Shown: one piece after another, positions 29,726-39,141 of the stretch
Position numbering within the stretch: position 1 is the stretch's first letter
Layout: each line of letters starts with the position of its first letter
Assembly (NCBI GenBank): GCA_013360295.1
Contig: JABWCL010000024.1
Location: 1,529 to 65,528, forward strand
Direction of reading: 5' to 3'
Length of the DNA stretch: 64,000 nt
Source of the DNA: Ignavibacteriaceae bacterium
GTDB lineage: Bacteria > Bacteroidota > Ignavibacteria > Ignavibacteriales > Ignavibacteriaceae
Notes under the pieces: generated by a model
Seen by the model: only the letters and a program-made list of their open reading frames with translations
Databases searched by the model: none
What the model was told of the DNA's origin: nothing
Program-made: the position numbers and the translations under genes

Positions 29726-31060
29726 ATGTCCAGATTAACCGAATCATTTAGAAACATCTTTAAAATTCACGAGCTGAGGCAGAGAATAATCTATACTCTG
29801 TCATTGCTGATAATTGTCAGGATCGGCGCGCACATAACGCTGCCGGGTATTGACGCGGCTCTTCTGAGCCAGGCAATGCAGAATCAGACCTCTGATAATC
29901 TCTTTGGATTGTACGATCTCTTCGTGGGAGGTGCATTCTCCAACGCTGCGATCTTCGCGCTCGGAATTATGCCCTATATCAGTTCATCGATCATTATCCA
30001 GTTGATGGGCGCGGTTGTTCCTTACTTCCAAAAGCTGCAGCAGGAAGGTGAAGAAGGCCGTAAAAAAATCACTCAGCTGACAAGGTACGGTACGGTTCTC
30101 ATTTCCGCTATGCAGGCATGGGGTGTGACGATCAGGTTGAATAATATGGATTTCCAGGGACTCCCGATCATTCCGGTTGAAGCTCAGGGAATTTTTTGGA
30201 CTTTCTCAACTATAATTATTCTTACCGCCGGCACAGTCTTTATGATGTGGATGGGCGAGCAGATTACCGAGAAGGGTATCGGTAACGGTATCTCAATGAT
30301 AATTTTTATCGGAATCATTGACAGGTTCCCTTATGCCATCCTTGACGAATATCAGATGATTGCAACCGGGCAGAGAGGGCTTATCATTGAAATTATTCTT
30401 CTCGCTTTCATGGTTCTTATCATTGCAGGTGTTGTTCTAGTAACACAGGGAACCAGAAGGATCCCGGTTCAGTACGCGAAAAGAGTTGTGGGAAGAAAAG
30501 TATACGGCGGCGTTACGCAATATATTCCTTTAAGAGTTAATACAGCGGGTGTTATGCCGATAATTTTCGCGCAGTCAATTATGTTTATTCCTAATACTGT
30601 GCTTTCGTTTTTCCCTGACAGTGAATTCTTGCAGAACCTTGCCGGTTATTTTGTTTACACTTCGCCGGTTTATTCGTTCCTGTACGCGCTGATGATTGTG
30701 TTCTTTACTTATTTCTATACGGCTATAGCTTTCAATCCTAAAGAAGTCGCGGATACGATGAAGAAACAGGGTGGTTTTGTTCCCGGTATCAGGCCCGGCA
30801 AGGCAACCTCTGAATTTATTGATAATATACTTACAAAGATTACCTTGCCCGGATCAATTTTCCTGGCATTGATTGCGATTCTTCCGGCGTTTGTTTCCGG
30901 ATTCGGAGTGACGGGAAGATTCGCTCAGTTTTTCGGCGGAACAAGTTTGCTGATTATTGTTGGTGTGGCTCTTGATACTCTTCAGCAGATCGAATCACAC
31001 CTGCTTATGCGTCATTATGACGGATTCATGAAATCCGGAAAAATAAAAGGCCGCCGCTGA
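29726..31060 (+). CDS. secY: Preprotein translocase subunit SecY
   Basis: 444 aa, 10-TM pattern. IFALGIMPYISSSIIIQL, WMGEQITEKGIGNGISMIIF. Confidence 0.98.
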   Translation: MSRLTESFRNIFKIHELRQRIIYTLSLLIIVRIGAHITLPGIDAALLSQAMQNQTSDNLFGLYDLFVGGAFSNAAIFALGIMPYISSSIIIQLMGAVVPYFQKLQQEGEEGRKKITQLTRYGTVLISAMQAWGVTIRLNNMDFQGLPIIPVEAQGIFWTFSTIIILTAGTVFMMWMGEQITEKGIGNGISMIIFIGIIDRFPYAILDEYQMIATGQRGLIIEIILLAFMVLIIAGVVLVTQGTRRIPVQYAKRVVGRKVYGGVTQYIPLRVNTAGVMPIIFAQSIMFIPNTVLSFFPDSEFLQNLAGYFVYTSPVYSFLYALMIVFFTYFYTAIAFNPKEVADTMKKQGGFVPGIRPGKATSEFIDNILTKITLPGSIFLALIAILPAFVSGFGVTGRFAQFFGGTSLLIIVGVALDTLQQIESHLLMRHYDGFMKSGKIKGRR

Positions 31061-31064
31061 TTTA

Positions 31065-31826
31065 GTGATCTTAATTAAGACAAAAAACGAGATCGACCAT
31101 ATCAGGGAGAGTTGTAAGATCGTAGCTGAAGTCTTGCAGATTCTTAAAAAAAATGCAGCTGAAGGGGTAACAACAATTGAATTGGATAAACTGGCTGAAG
31201 ATCATATACTCAGCAGAGGAGGCAAGCCGGCATTTAAGGGTTACCGGCAGTATAATACACCGCCTTTCCCCGGTTCGATCTGTGCGTCAATAGACGATGA
31301 GGTTGTTCACGGTATACCGGGACAGCGAAAACTGAAAAACGGACAGATTATATCATTAGATGTTGGGGTGTTAAAGAACGGTTTCTACGGTGACGCCGCA
31401 CTGACAGTGGCGATAGGTGAAATTAACGAAGATAAAGCCGAGCTTATGAAAGCCACTGAAGAATCTCTCTATATCGGAATTGAACAGGCGGTTGCAGGAA
31501 ACAGGGTTCACGACATTTCGAATGCTGTACAGGTTCATTGTGAGAGCAGAGGCTTCTCCATCGTACGTGACCTAAGCGGGCACGGAGTCGGAAAGCACCT
31601 GCACGAAGATCCTTCAATACCGAATTTCGGAAAGAAGGGAACCGGAGCAAGGCTTAAAAACGGAATGACCCTGGCGATTGAACCGATGGTGAATTTAGGA
31701 AAATACGAAGTGAAAGTAGCGTACGATGGCTGGACGATCGTGACAAAAGACGGAAAGCCGAGCGCGCATTTTGAACATACAATATTAATTAACGATAATA
31801 AACCGGAAATACTAACAGTTTGTTAA
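31065..31826 (+). CDS. map: Type I methionine aminopeptidase
   Basis: GTG start. Metal-ligand context VVHGIP, DVGV...GDAA, GHGVGKHLHEDP, LAIEPM, EHT. No adk lies between secY and map. Confidence 0.96.
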   Translation: MILIKTKNEIDHIRESCKIVAEVLQILKKNAAEGVTTIELDKLAEDHILSRGGKPAFKGYRQYNTPPFPGSICASIDDEVVHGIPGQRKLKNGQIISLDVGVLKNGFYGDAALTVAIGEINEDKAELMKATEESLYIGIEQAVAGNRVHDISNAVQVHCESRGFSIVRDLSGHGVGKHLHEDPSIPNFGKKGTGARLKNGMTLAIEPMVNLGKYEVKVAYDGWTIVTKDGKPSAHFEHTILINDNKPEILTVC

Positions 31827-31829
31827 CAA

Positions 31830-32048
31830 ATGAGTAAGCAAGGACCTATAAAAATAGACGGTATTGTCACCGAGACTCTGCCCAATGCTCACTTTAAAGT
31901 GAAGCTTGATAACGGGCACGAGATTCTTGCTCATATTTCCGGGAAAATGAGAATGCATTTTATTAAAATACTGGTTGGTGATAAAGTTTCCCTGGAAATT
32001 TCACCCTACGACCTCACAAAGGGCCGTATAACCTACAGATATAAATAA
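31830..32048 (+). CDS. infA: Translation initiation factor IF-1
   Basis: 72 aa. [43 protein letters not shown]. Confidence 0.98.
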   Translation: MSKQGPIKIDGIVTETLPNAHFKVKLDNGHEILAHISGKMRMHFIKILVGDKVSLEISPYDLTKGRITYRYK

Positions 32049-32057
32049 GGATGTAAG

Positions 32058-32174
32058 ATGAAAGTAAAAGCATCAGTGAAAAAGATCTGCGAAAACTGCA
32101 AGATCATTAAAAGAAAAGGTGTTGTAAGGGTTATTTGCGAAAAGAATCCTAAACACAAGCAACGTCAAGGATAA
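32058..32174 (+). CDS. rpmJ: 50S ribosomal protein L36
   Basis: Not in the ORF track because it is under 60 aa. Manual translation gives [38 protein letters not shown]. Confidence 0.95.
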   Translation: MKVKASVKKICENCKIIKRKGVVRVICEKNPKHKQRQG

Positions 32175-32190
32175 TAAAAGGAGTATTTGA

Positions 32191-32574
32191 TTGGCACGTA
32201 TAGCCGGTGTAGATTTACCCAAAAACAAAAAAGTTTATTACGGTCTTCAGTATATCTTTGGTATCGGGAAGCAGTACGCAACCGAGATACTTGAGAAATC
32301 CAAAGTAGATCCTAATAAGAGAGTTTCAGCCTTAACAGAGGATGAAGTAGCTGCAATTCGTACTGTGATCCAGGCGGATTACAAAGTTGAAGGCGCGCTT
32401 CGTTCCGAGGTTCAGCTTAATATAAAGCGCCTTATGGATATCGGCGCATACCGCGGTGTGCGTCATAGAAAAGGTTTACCAACGAGAGGTCAGAGGACAC
32501 GCACGAATTCCCGTACCCGCAAAGGTAAACGTAAGACAGTAGCCGGTAAGAAAAAAGTAGCCGCTAAGAAATAA
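32191..32574 (+). CDS. rpsM: 30S ribosomal protein S13
   Basis: TTG start. [14 protein letters not shown]...[20 protein letters not shown]. Confidence 0.98.
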   Translation: MARIAGVDLPKNKKVYYGLQYIFGIGKQYATEILEKSKVDPNKRVSALTEDEVAAIRTVIQADYKVEGALRSEVQLNIKRLMDIGAYRGVRHRKGLPTRGQRTRTNSRTRKGKRKTVAGKKKVAAKK

Positions 32575-32597
32575 TTTAATATTTAGGAGTATAGATC

Positions 32598-32984
32598 TTG
32601 GCAAAAGCCGCAAAAAAAGTTAAAAAGAAAAGCGTTGTAGATAGTAACGGTGTCGCGCACGTAAAAGCGACATTCAATAACGTACACGTTATACTTACTG
32701 ATATCTATGGTAATACAATCTCCTGGTCAACTGCCGGCAGGAATTCTTTCAAGGGTTCTAAAAAGAATACGCCGTTTGCCGCGCAGGTAACGGCTGAGGC
32801 CGCTGCCAAGGAAGCTTATGACCTCGGGCTCAGAAAAGTTGAAGTCAGAGTGAAAGGCCCCGGTTCGGGAAGGGAATCTGCTATCCGTGCTTTAACTACA
32901 GTGGGTCTGGAAATATCCTCTATTAAGGATGTTACCCCGATACCACACAACGGCTGCAGGCCCCCAAAGAGAAGAAGAGTATAA
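32598..32984 (+). CDS. rpsK: 30S ribosomal protein S11
   Basis: TTG start. [18 protein letters not shown]...[14 protein letters not shown]...[18 protein letters not shown]. Confidence 0.98.
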   Translation: MAKAAKKVKKKSVVDSNGVAHVKATFNNVHVILTDIYGNTISWSTAGRNSFKGSKKNTPFAAQVTAEAAAKEAYDLGLRKVEVRVKGPGSGRESAIRALTTVGLEISSIKDVTPIPHNGCRPPKRRRV

Positions 32985-33005
32985 TAAGAGCGGAGATAAA
33001 TCAGA

Positions 33006-33632
33006 ATGGCAAGATATACAGGTTCTGTGTGTAAGTTATGCAGAAGAGAAAAACAAAAACTATTTTTAAAAGGACAGAAATGCCTCTCGGAAAAATGTCC
33101 CATCGAAAAAAGGAACTATCCTCCGGGCCAGCACGGCTCATCCCGCAGGTCCAAGATTTCTGAATACGGTGTTCAGTTAAGAGAGAAGCAGAAGATCAAA
33201 AGGATCTATGGAGTACTTGAAACACAATTCCATAACTCCTTTGAGAAAGCTTCAAGGCAGAAGGGTATCACAGGAGATAACCTTGTTAAGCTGCTCGAAA
33301 GAAGGCTTGATAATGTTGTTTACAGGCTCGGCTTTGCTCCTTCACGCAAGTCAGCACGCCAGCTTGTAAGGCACAGACATATAATTGTGAATGAAATTCT
33401 TGTGGACATTCCTTCATACATTGTTGTCCCCGGCGACGTGATCAAAGTTAAAGAAAAAAGCAAGAAGCTGGAATCAATCCATAATTCTCTCAAGAGAACG
33501 AAGGATACACAGTTCTCATGGCTCCAGGTTGATAAGGCCGCTCTCAGCGGTACTTTCGTCCAGGTTCCTGAGCGCACGGAAATACCTCTCAATGCTAACG
33601 AGCAGTTAGTCGTTGAATTGTACTCCAAGTAA
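33006..33632 (+). CDS. rpsD: 30S ribosomal protein S4
   Basis: [22 protein letters not shown] and an S4 RNA-binding domain ([30 protein letters not shown]). Confidence 0.98.
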   Translation: MARYTGSVCKLCRREKQKLFLKGQKCLSEKCPIEKRNYPPGQHGSSRRSKISEYGVQLREKQKIKRIYGVLETQFHNSFEKASRQKGITGDNLVKLLERRLDNVVYRLGFAPSRKSARQLVRHRHIIVNEILVDIPSYIVVPGDVIKVKEKSKKLESIHNSLKRTKDTQFSWLQVDKAALSGTFVQVPERTEIPLNANEQLVVELYSK

Positions 33633-33661
33633 CATTTTTAGAATTATAACAGGTAAAGTAA

Positions 33662-34660
33662 ATGAATTCATCCAACTTAAAAATGCCCGAAGCAGTTGTA
33701 TTAGACGAGAGTTCCTATTCTAATACATACGGGAAGTTTGTACTTCAGCCTCTGGAGCGGGGATATGGTGTTACTTTAGGAAACTCACTCAGAAGAGTAC
33801 TTCTTTCTTCGCTCGGCGGCGCTGCAATTACAGCGGTTAAATTCAGCGATGTTCTTCACGAGTTCACTTCAATCCCGGGGGTTGTTGAGGATGTAACAGA
33901 GATCATTCTGAATCTTAAACAAGTCCGTCTGAAGCTTCTCAGCAAGAAGCCCGTTAAGGTTGATCTGACATTTAGCGGCGAGTGTGTATTTACTGCAGCG
34001 GATATCCAGAATCAGAGTAATGACATCGAGATTCTTAATCCGGATCTTCATATCGCAACCATTAATAAAGGTGCGAAATTTGATGTGGAATTAAGGTTCG
34101 GACGCGGACGCGGTTATGTGCCCGCGGTTGAGAATAAACAACCGGATTTCACAATTGGTGTGATTCCTATTGATTCTATCTATACACCGATAAAGAATGT
34201 AAAATACGATGTTGAAAACGTTCGTATAGGTGACAGGAATGATTTCGAAAAATTATCCGTTGAAATATTAACCGACGGATCAATTACTCCGGATGATGCC
34301 CTAACACAGTCAGCCAAGATTCTGAAGGATCACCTTCAGTTATTCATCAACCTCGACCTCGACGGTCAGGAAGAAGGCGGCTCCGAACAAAAAGTTGATA
34401 CTGAAAAAGAAAGAATCAGGAAAATTCTTAATACCGGCGTTGATGATCTTGAACTAAGCGTCAGGTCGCATAACTGCCTTAAAGCAGCAAATATCAAAAC
34501 GATCGCCGACCTTGTTAAGAAAGACGAATCCGAGATGTTGAAGTTCAGAAATTTTGGAAGAAAGTCTCTTGCCGAATTGATGGAAATCGTAGAAACACTC
34601 GGCCTTCAGTTCGGAATGGACATAGAAAAGTACTTAAAAGAAGAACCAGAAAATAATTAA
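33662..34660 (+). CDS. rpoA: DNA-directed RNA polymerase subunit alpha
   Basis: 332 aa. LERGYGVTLGNSLRRVLLSSL and the C-terminal domain LELSVRSHNCLKAANIKTIADLV. Confidence 0.98.
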   Translation: MNSSNLKMPEAVVLDESSYSNTYGKFVLQPLERGYGVTLGNSLRRVLLSSLGGAAITAVKFSDVLHEFTSIPGVVEDVTEIILNLKQVRLKLLSKKPVKVDLTFSGECVFTAADIQNQSNDIEILNPDLHIATINKGAKFDVELRFGRGRGYVPAVENKQPDFTIGVIPIDSIYTPIKNVKYDVENVRIGDRNDFEKLSVEILTDGSITPDDALTQSAKILKDHLQLFINLDLDGQEEGGSEQKVDTEKERIRKILNTGVDDLELSVRSHNCLKAANIKTIADLVKKDESEMLKFRNFGRKSLAELMEIVETLGLQFGMDIEKYLKEEPENN

Positions 34661-34679
34661 TTTGTGCAGAGATTAGAAA

Positions 34680-35150
34680 ATGAGACATCAGGTAAAAGGC
34701 AGAAAATTAAAAAGGACAGCAACACACAGAGACGCGCTTCTCAGGAATCTTGCTATGTCCCTAATTCTTCACAAGAGAATTAAAACCACCGTGGCAAAAG
34801 CGAAAGAACTCAGGACCTTCGTTGAGCCCCTTATAACCAAAGCCCGCAAAGGCGATCTTAACAGTAAACGCTTGGTTATGAGCGTTTTAAGAAATAAAGA
34901 TGCCGGCAAGGTGCTTTTTGGCGAAGTAATTGAAAAGATCGGCGAAAGAAAAGGCGGTTATACCAGAGTAATAAAACTCGGAAACAGGCTTGGTGATGCT
35001 GCTGAAGTAGCGGTAGTTGAACTGGTGGACTTTAATGCCGTAATTAACGAAGCTGCTTCCTCAAAGAAAGAAGAAAAGGCTCAGAAAAAAGAGGAAAAGA
35101 AAGCCAAGAAAGCGGCTGAACAGAAAGCTCTTCCTCCCGAAAGTAAGTAA
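34680..35150 (+). CDS. rplQ: 50S ribosomal protein L17 with a Lys/Glu-rich C-terminal tail
   Basis: [25 protein letters not shown]...[17 protein letters not shown]. The tail reads [23 protein letters not shown]. Confidence 0.97.
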   Translation: MRHQVKGRKLKRTATHRDALLRNLAMSLILHKRIKTTVAKAKELRTFVEPLITKARKGDLNSKRLVMSVLRNKDAGKVLFGEVIEKIGERKGGYTRVIKLGNRLGDAAEVAVVELVDFNAVINEAASSKKEEKAQKKEEKKAKKAAEQKALPPESK

Positions 35151-35176
35151 ATATTTCAATAAATATTTATATTTTA

Positions 35177-35208
35177 AGAGTAACCCTTATCGGTTACTCT
35201 TTTTTTTT
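35177..35208 (+). terminator. Intrinsic terminator after rplQ (end of the alpha operon)
   Basis: AGAGTAACC-cttatc-GGTTACTCT followed by TTTTTTTT. The T-tract ends 2 nt before the engB ATG. Confidence 0.8.
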
Positions 35209-35210
35209 GC

Positions 35211-35789
35211 ATGAAAATCGAACTATTTAAAACCGTTTTTACACTGAAAGACCTTCCCCCGCCTGGCAAGCAGGAACTGGTGCTATGCGGCAGGTCGAAT
35301 GTAGGCAAGTCCTCATTCATAAATTCACTCTTCAGAGTGAAGGGCCTGGCGAAAGTCAGTGCAACACCAGGGAAGACCAGGTCACTCAATTTCTATTCTC
35401 TGGAAGGGAAGGACTATATCGTAGACCTCCCCGGTTATGGTTACGCCAAAGCCTCAGCCGAAGAAAGGGCATCGTGGAACAAACTTATCCTCGGTTATCT
35501 AGGCGCCGGAAGAGATATCCGCGCGGTGATAATGATCGTGGACAGCAGGCTTGAACCTCAGAAATCGGATCTGGAATTGTTTGACTTCTTTTCCGAAAGG
35601 GGCTATTCATCCATACTTATTCTTAATAAGTCCGATAAACTGAACCAGAAATCAAGGGCTGGTGCTGTAAAGAATTTTGCCTCCGCGTTCCCGGTTTTTA
35701 AGCAGAATGAAAGCATGTTTTTTTACTCGTCAGTCAACGGGGAAGGGCGTGATTCCGTGCTAAAAGCCATAAAAATAATCCTGAAATAA
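35211..35789 (+). CDS. engB: Ribosome biogenesis GTPase EngB/YsxC/YihA
   Basis: GRSNVGKSSFINSL (G1), DLPGYGYA (G3), NKSDK (G4). Confidence 0.9.
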   Translation: MKIELFKTVFTLKDLPPPGKQELVLCGRSNVGKSSFINSLFRVKGLAKVSATPGKTRSLNFYSLEGKDYIVDLPGYGYAKASAEERASWNKLILGYLGAGRDIRAVIMIVDSRLEPQKSDLELFDFFSERGYSSILILNKSDKLNQKSRAGAVKNFASAFPVFKQNESMFFYSSVNGEGRDSVLKAIKIILK

Positions 35790-35834
35790 TGCATTATCTT
35801 AGTTATATTGCAATATTAAATTGAAAAAATTTTT

Positions 35835-37745
35835 GTGACAATACCAGGCTCAGATACAAATTTTCGTTTTAGTGATATTCTCTACTATATAGTGCTTCCC
35901 ATACTCATCGGGCTGATATTTTTCGTTGAAGATACTGTCTTTAAAATATCTGCAATAGTGCTCGCGGTGGTCTATTCGGGTTTTATTATTAATAATTTCC
36001 TGAACCGGAGGAAACACACCAGGTTCGAAGTTGATGAAAAGGTGGTTCAGGAGGTTATGTCTCCGACTCTAAATGAGGAAACGATGGCAGAACCAAAAGC
36101 CCCCCGCCCTCTATCAGAAGTAGATGAGGGTTTCAGCGTTTTAAACCGTAACGCTAAACATTTCGGCGATATTATTGATGAATCTAATATTCTCATCGCG
36201 GGGAGCGTTAGAACACCTATCCGTCCGCCAGACTTAAAGAAGAAGTATGAAGAGATCGCGAATGAAGAATATCCTGAACACGTCCGCGAAAACGAACAGT
36301 TCCCATTTGTACTTGAGAAGATTCTGAGCGTTATTAAAGATGCTTACGAAGCTCATACTGCCATCTTTTTCTTTTATAACCGAAAAGAAAAAATGCTTGC
36401 GATTAAAAAGTATGTATCCAATTCAAAGGATATACTCGACATAAAATATGATCTTCTCGGAGGTATATTAACCAAGATTGTTACAGACGGTGAACCAGAG
36501 CTTTTGTCGGAGATTGTCCCGTCTTCTGAGACGGATAATATAATCTATTATAAAGCACCTCAGAAGATCAAGTGTTTTGTAGGTGTTCCTGTTTTTCATA
36601 AGAATAATCTGATTGGAATACTCGCGATTGATTCGCTGGTACAGGATCGTTATGGCATAGAGCATATTTATTCACTTGGCAAGTATGTAAGGCTTATCAC
36701 GATCCTCATCTCGCTTTTTGAAGAAAAGTATACCGAATCCACGGCAAAAAGGAGGCTCTCCGGTTTTGTCAATTTTATTGACCCGATGCTGAGCTATAAT
36801 TATGAAGCTGATATCGTAAACTCAATCGAACGGATCGTTCATAATTTTATTGAATTTAATGCATTCTCGCTTGTTTATTATCAGCCGGTACAGAAGAAAT
36901 TTTTTACGCTTAAGGTTGTAAATAAAATATCTACGCTCGAATACATTCCCGAGAACTTTGAAGTTGAACTGAAAGACACACTTGTCGGGAAGTGTATTAA
37001 CGCGGGTATCCCTCTTAAACTGTCCGACACATCAAATAATCAGTTCAAAAGGTTCGGCAAGAAAGAGAACGTAAAGTATGACGGCTCTTTCCTCGCTGTT
37101 CCGCTGATATTTAATAATATGACTTTTGGCGTGCTTTGTTTTGATCACGTGAAAAAGGGAGTCTATTCGCCTGATGACGTGAATTTTCTGAGAGGCGCTT
37201 CTAATCTCTTGGCGTTTTCGATATATTATTTGTCAACGACTGTACTGATAAAGAGCTTCATTTCAATTGACACGGTCACCAAACTGCTTAATAAAAAAAC
37301 TTTCCGTGAAAGAGCGGTTGACGATCACGTCAGGGTATTAACACTTAAGATACCTGCCGCTCTGGCTCTTATCAAAATTGATGATCATCAGAATGATGAA
37401 ACCCTGTTTGATGTAAACCCGGGATCAAAAATTGTTGAGACTGTCGCGGATGTACTCAGGGAGGAGATAAACCCTTTTATCACGGTCGGAATTACCGATG
37501 AGAACGAGTTCGGTGTTTTCATTTTTAATATGACTTCTTCCGACGCTCAGATCTGGGCTGATAAACTCAGGTTAAAGATTGCCCGTACACCTGTGCCGCT
37601 TGTTTCTAAGCAGATAACCACTACTGTATCAATCGGTGTAGCATCCGCGAATAAACCAAAGTTTGAAGAAGTGTTCAATAACGCCAGACAGGCATTATAC
37701 AACGCTGTGAAGAATGGCGGAAACAAAGTTCGAAATGTAAATTAA
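35835..37745 (+). CDS. Membrane-anchored GAF-GAF sensor protein with a degenerate GGDEF domain (DENEF in place of GGDEF)
   Basis: GTG start with N-terminal TM spans. Two GAF-like ends (LIGILAIDS..., FGVLCFDHVKKGVYSPDDVNFL...). The C-terminal GGDEF-fold pattern is ...LIKIDDH...ITDENEFGVFIF...TVSIGVAS...ALYNAVKNGGNKV. The active-site glycines and the GH..GD segment are missing. Confidence 0.7.
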   Translation: MTIPGSDTNFRFSDILYYIVLPILIGLIFFVEDTVFKISAIVLAVVYSGFIINNFLNRRKHTRFEVDEKVVQEVMSPTLNEETMAEPKAPRPLSEVDEGFSVLNRNAKHFGDIIDESNILIAGSVRTPIRPPDLKKKYEEIANEEYPEHVRENEQFPFVLEKILSVIKDAYEAHTAIFFFYNRKEKMLAIKKYVSNSKDILDIKYDLLGGILTKIVTDGEPELLSEIVPSSETDNIIYYKAPQKIKCFVGVPVFHKNNLIGILAIDSLVQDRYGIEHIYSLGKYVRLITILISLFEEKYTESTAKRRLSGFVNFIDPMLSYNYEADIVNSIERIVHNFIEFNAFSLVYYQPVQKKFFTLKVVNKISTLEYIPENFEVELKDTLVGKCINAGIPLKLSDTSNNQFKRFGKKENVKYDGSFLAVPLIFNNMTFGVLCFDHVKKGVYSPDDVNFLRGASNLLAFSIYYLSTTVLIKSFISIDTVTKLLNKKTFRERAVDDHVRVLTLKIPAALALIKIDDHQNDETLFDVNPGSKIVETVADVLREEINPFITVGITDENEFGVFIFNMTSSDAQIWADKLRLKIARTPVPLVSKQITTTVSIGVASANKPKFEEVFNNARQALYNAVKNGGNKVRNVN

Positions 37746-37760
37746 GAGAAAGGTCCGTCT

Positions 37761-38921
37761 ATAAATAATCTTGCATTAATCGTTCTGGATGGGGTTGGCG
37801 CCGGTGAATTGCCGGACGCGGGGCTTTACAATGATAGAGGCAGCGACACTCTCGGTAATATCGCCCGCGCGGTAGGGGGTATTGACCTGCCTAATCTTAA
37901 ATCTCTGGGATTGGGAAATATAATTGATATTCCCGGAGTGCCCTATGTTTCCTTTCCTACCGCCGCTCACGGTAAAATGAAGGAACTATCGAAGGGGAAA
38001 GATTCCACGACTGGACATTGGGAACTAGCCGGGTTACCCGTTGAATTTGATTTCAGCTACTTCCCTGAAGGTTTCCCCACCAGTCTGATGATGACCTTTC
38101 TGAAGGAGACTGGCGTAAAGGGCTACCTCGGAAATATTGCCGCCTCTGGTACTGAGATAATTCAGACACTTGGTGATGAACACGTTAAAACAGGCTACCC
38201 GATTATTTATACTTCCGCTGACTCTGTTTTTCAGATCGCCGCTCACGAAGAAGTTATTCCTCTGAAAAGGCTGTATGAAATATGTACCATTACCCGGGAG
38301 AAAGTACTCACGGAGCCCTACAAAGTAGGCAGGGTGATTGCCCGTCCTTTCATTGGTGTCAAAGGCAATTACAAGCGTACTACTAACAGGCGTGATTTCT
38401 CAATGGATCCCCCGGATGATACGATCCTCGATATTCTTAAGGATAATGACATTACTACGATCTCTGTTGGTAAGGTTGATGACCTTTTCAATGGCAGAGG
38501 GATAATGATTAAAGAGCATACCAAGTCTAATCTTGAAGGATGCATAAAAATCCAGAATCTTCTTGGCAAACAAAAGAACAGTTTTATTTTTGCCAACCTG
38601 GTTGATTTTGATGTTTATTTTGGACACAGGAATGATGTTAAAGGCTTTGCGAACGCTTTAAAGGAATTTGACAGGTTCTTGCCGAAATTCCTCGAAAAAC
38701 TCGATGAGACTGATGCTCTTATACTTACCGCGGATCACGGCAATGACCCTACAACACCAAGCACCGACCACAGCAGGGAATATGTTCCTGTTCTCTATTA
38801 TCGCAAAGGGCATTTTGGGCGTGATATTGGGATAAGATCCTCTTTCGCGGATGTCGGGAAAACAATTGCAGATTTCTTCGGAGTTCAGAACTACCTTCAC
38901 GGAACAAGTTTTTATAAATGA
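37761..38921 (+). CDS. deoB: Phosphopentomutase; start codon uncertain (listed TTG at 37809 is too far downstream)
   Basis: Motifs GLGNIIDIPGV, TTGHWELAG, YTSADSVFQIAAHEE, LTADHGNDPT. The conserved N-terminal LALIVLDGVGAGELPDA is encoded in frame upstream of 37809. No ATG/GTG/TTG is available there, so 37761 (ATA) is a provisional 5' limit. Confidence 0.85.
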   Translation: MNNLALIVLDGVGAGELPDAGLYNDRGSDTLGNIARAVGGIDLPNLKSLGLGNIIDIPGVPYVSFPTAAHGKMKELSKGKDSTTGHWELAGLPVEFDFSYFPEGFPTSLMMTFLKETGVKGYLGNIAASGTEIIQTLGDEHVKTGYPIIYTSADSVFQIAAHEEVIPLKRLYEICTITREKVLTEPYKVGRVIARPFIGVKGNYKRTTNRRDFSMDPPDDTILDILKDNDITTISVGKVDDLFNGRGIMIKEHTKSNLEGCIKIQNLLGKQKNSFIFANLVDFDVYFGHRNDVKGFANALKEFDRFLPKFLEKLDETDALILTADHGNDPTTPSTDHSREYVPVLYYRKGHFGRDIGIRSSFADVGKTIADFFGVQNYLHGTSFYK

Positions 38922-38928
38922 TTGTACA

Positions 38929-39141
38929 ATGGAAGTAAATGGGACTGAAGAGGGGAGAGGTGAAGCCGATAACCCTGAGAATAAGCCAGCCCGGAAAGAA
39001 GGAGCGGCTGCCTTGATCAGTCAGGTACAGAACATACCCGCTGAAATTGCAGAAAAATTTCTCAATGCCAAAGGAATTCTGGCTGGGTCAGGAATTGATG
39101 AAAGGTTCAGGGAATGGCAGAGAAAAAATCTGAATTCCTGA
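38929..39141 (+). CDS. Hypothetical 70-aa protein overlapping the downstream PIN gene (possible antitoxin-like partner)
   Basis: The ATG at 38929 lies 8 nt after the deoB stop. There is a 28-nt overlap with the next ORF. No recognisable DNA-binding motif. The listed ORF start at 38851 lies inside deoB. Confidence 0.4.
   Translation: MEVNGTEEGRGEADNPENKPARKEGAAALISQVQNIPAEIAEKFLNAKGILAGSGIDERFREWQRKNLNS

Noticed and set aside
16051-35389. Antisense and alternate-frame ORFs throughout the ribosomal protein operons (for example 16051-16560, 24384-24806, 24803-25162, 32816-33103, 35174-35389)
   Set aside because: These are shadow ORFs overlapping well-supported ribosomal protein genes. There are no family signatures, and the dense operon spacing leaves no room for extra genes.
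37743-37811. Programmed stop-codon read-through fusing the GGDEF-like protein to phosphopentomutase
   Set aside because: The two ORFs are in frame across a single TAA. However, TAA is the least leaky stop, no read-through context or structure is evident, and a membrane-sensor/DeoB fusion has no precedent known to me. A non-canonical start codon or a sequence error is more parsimonious.
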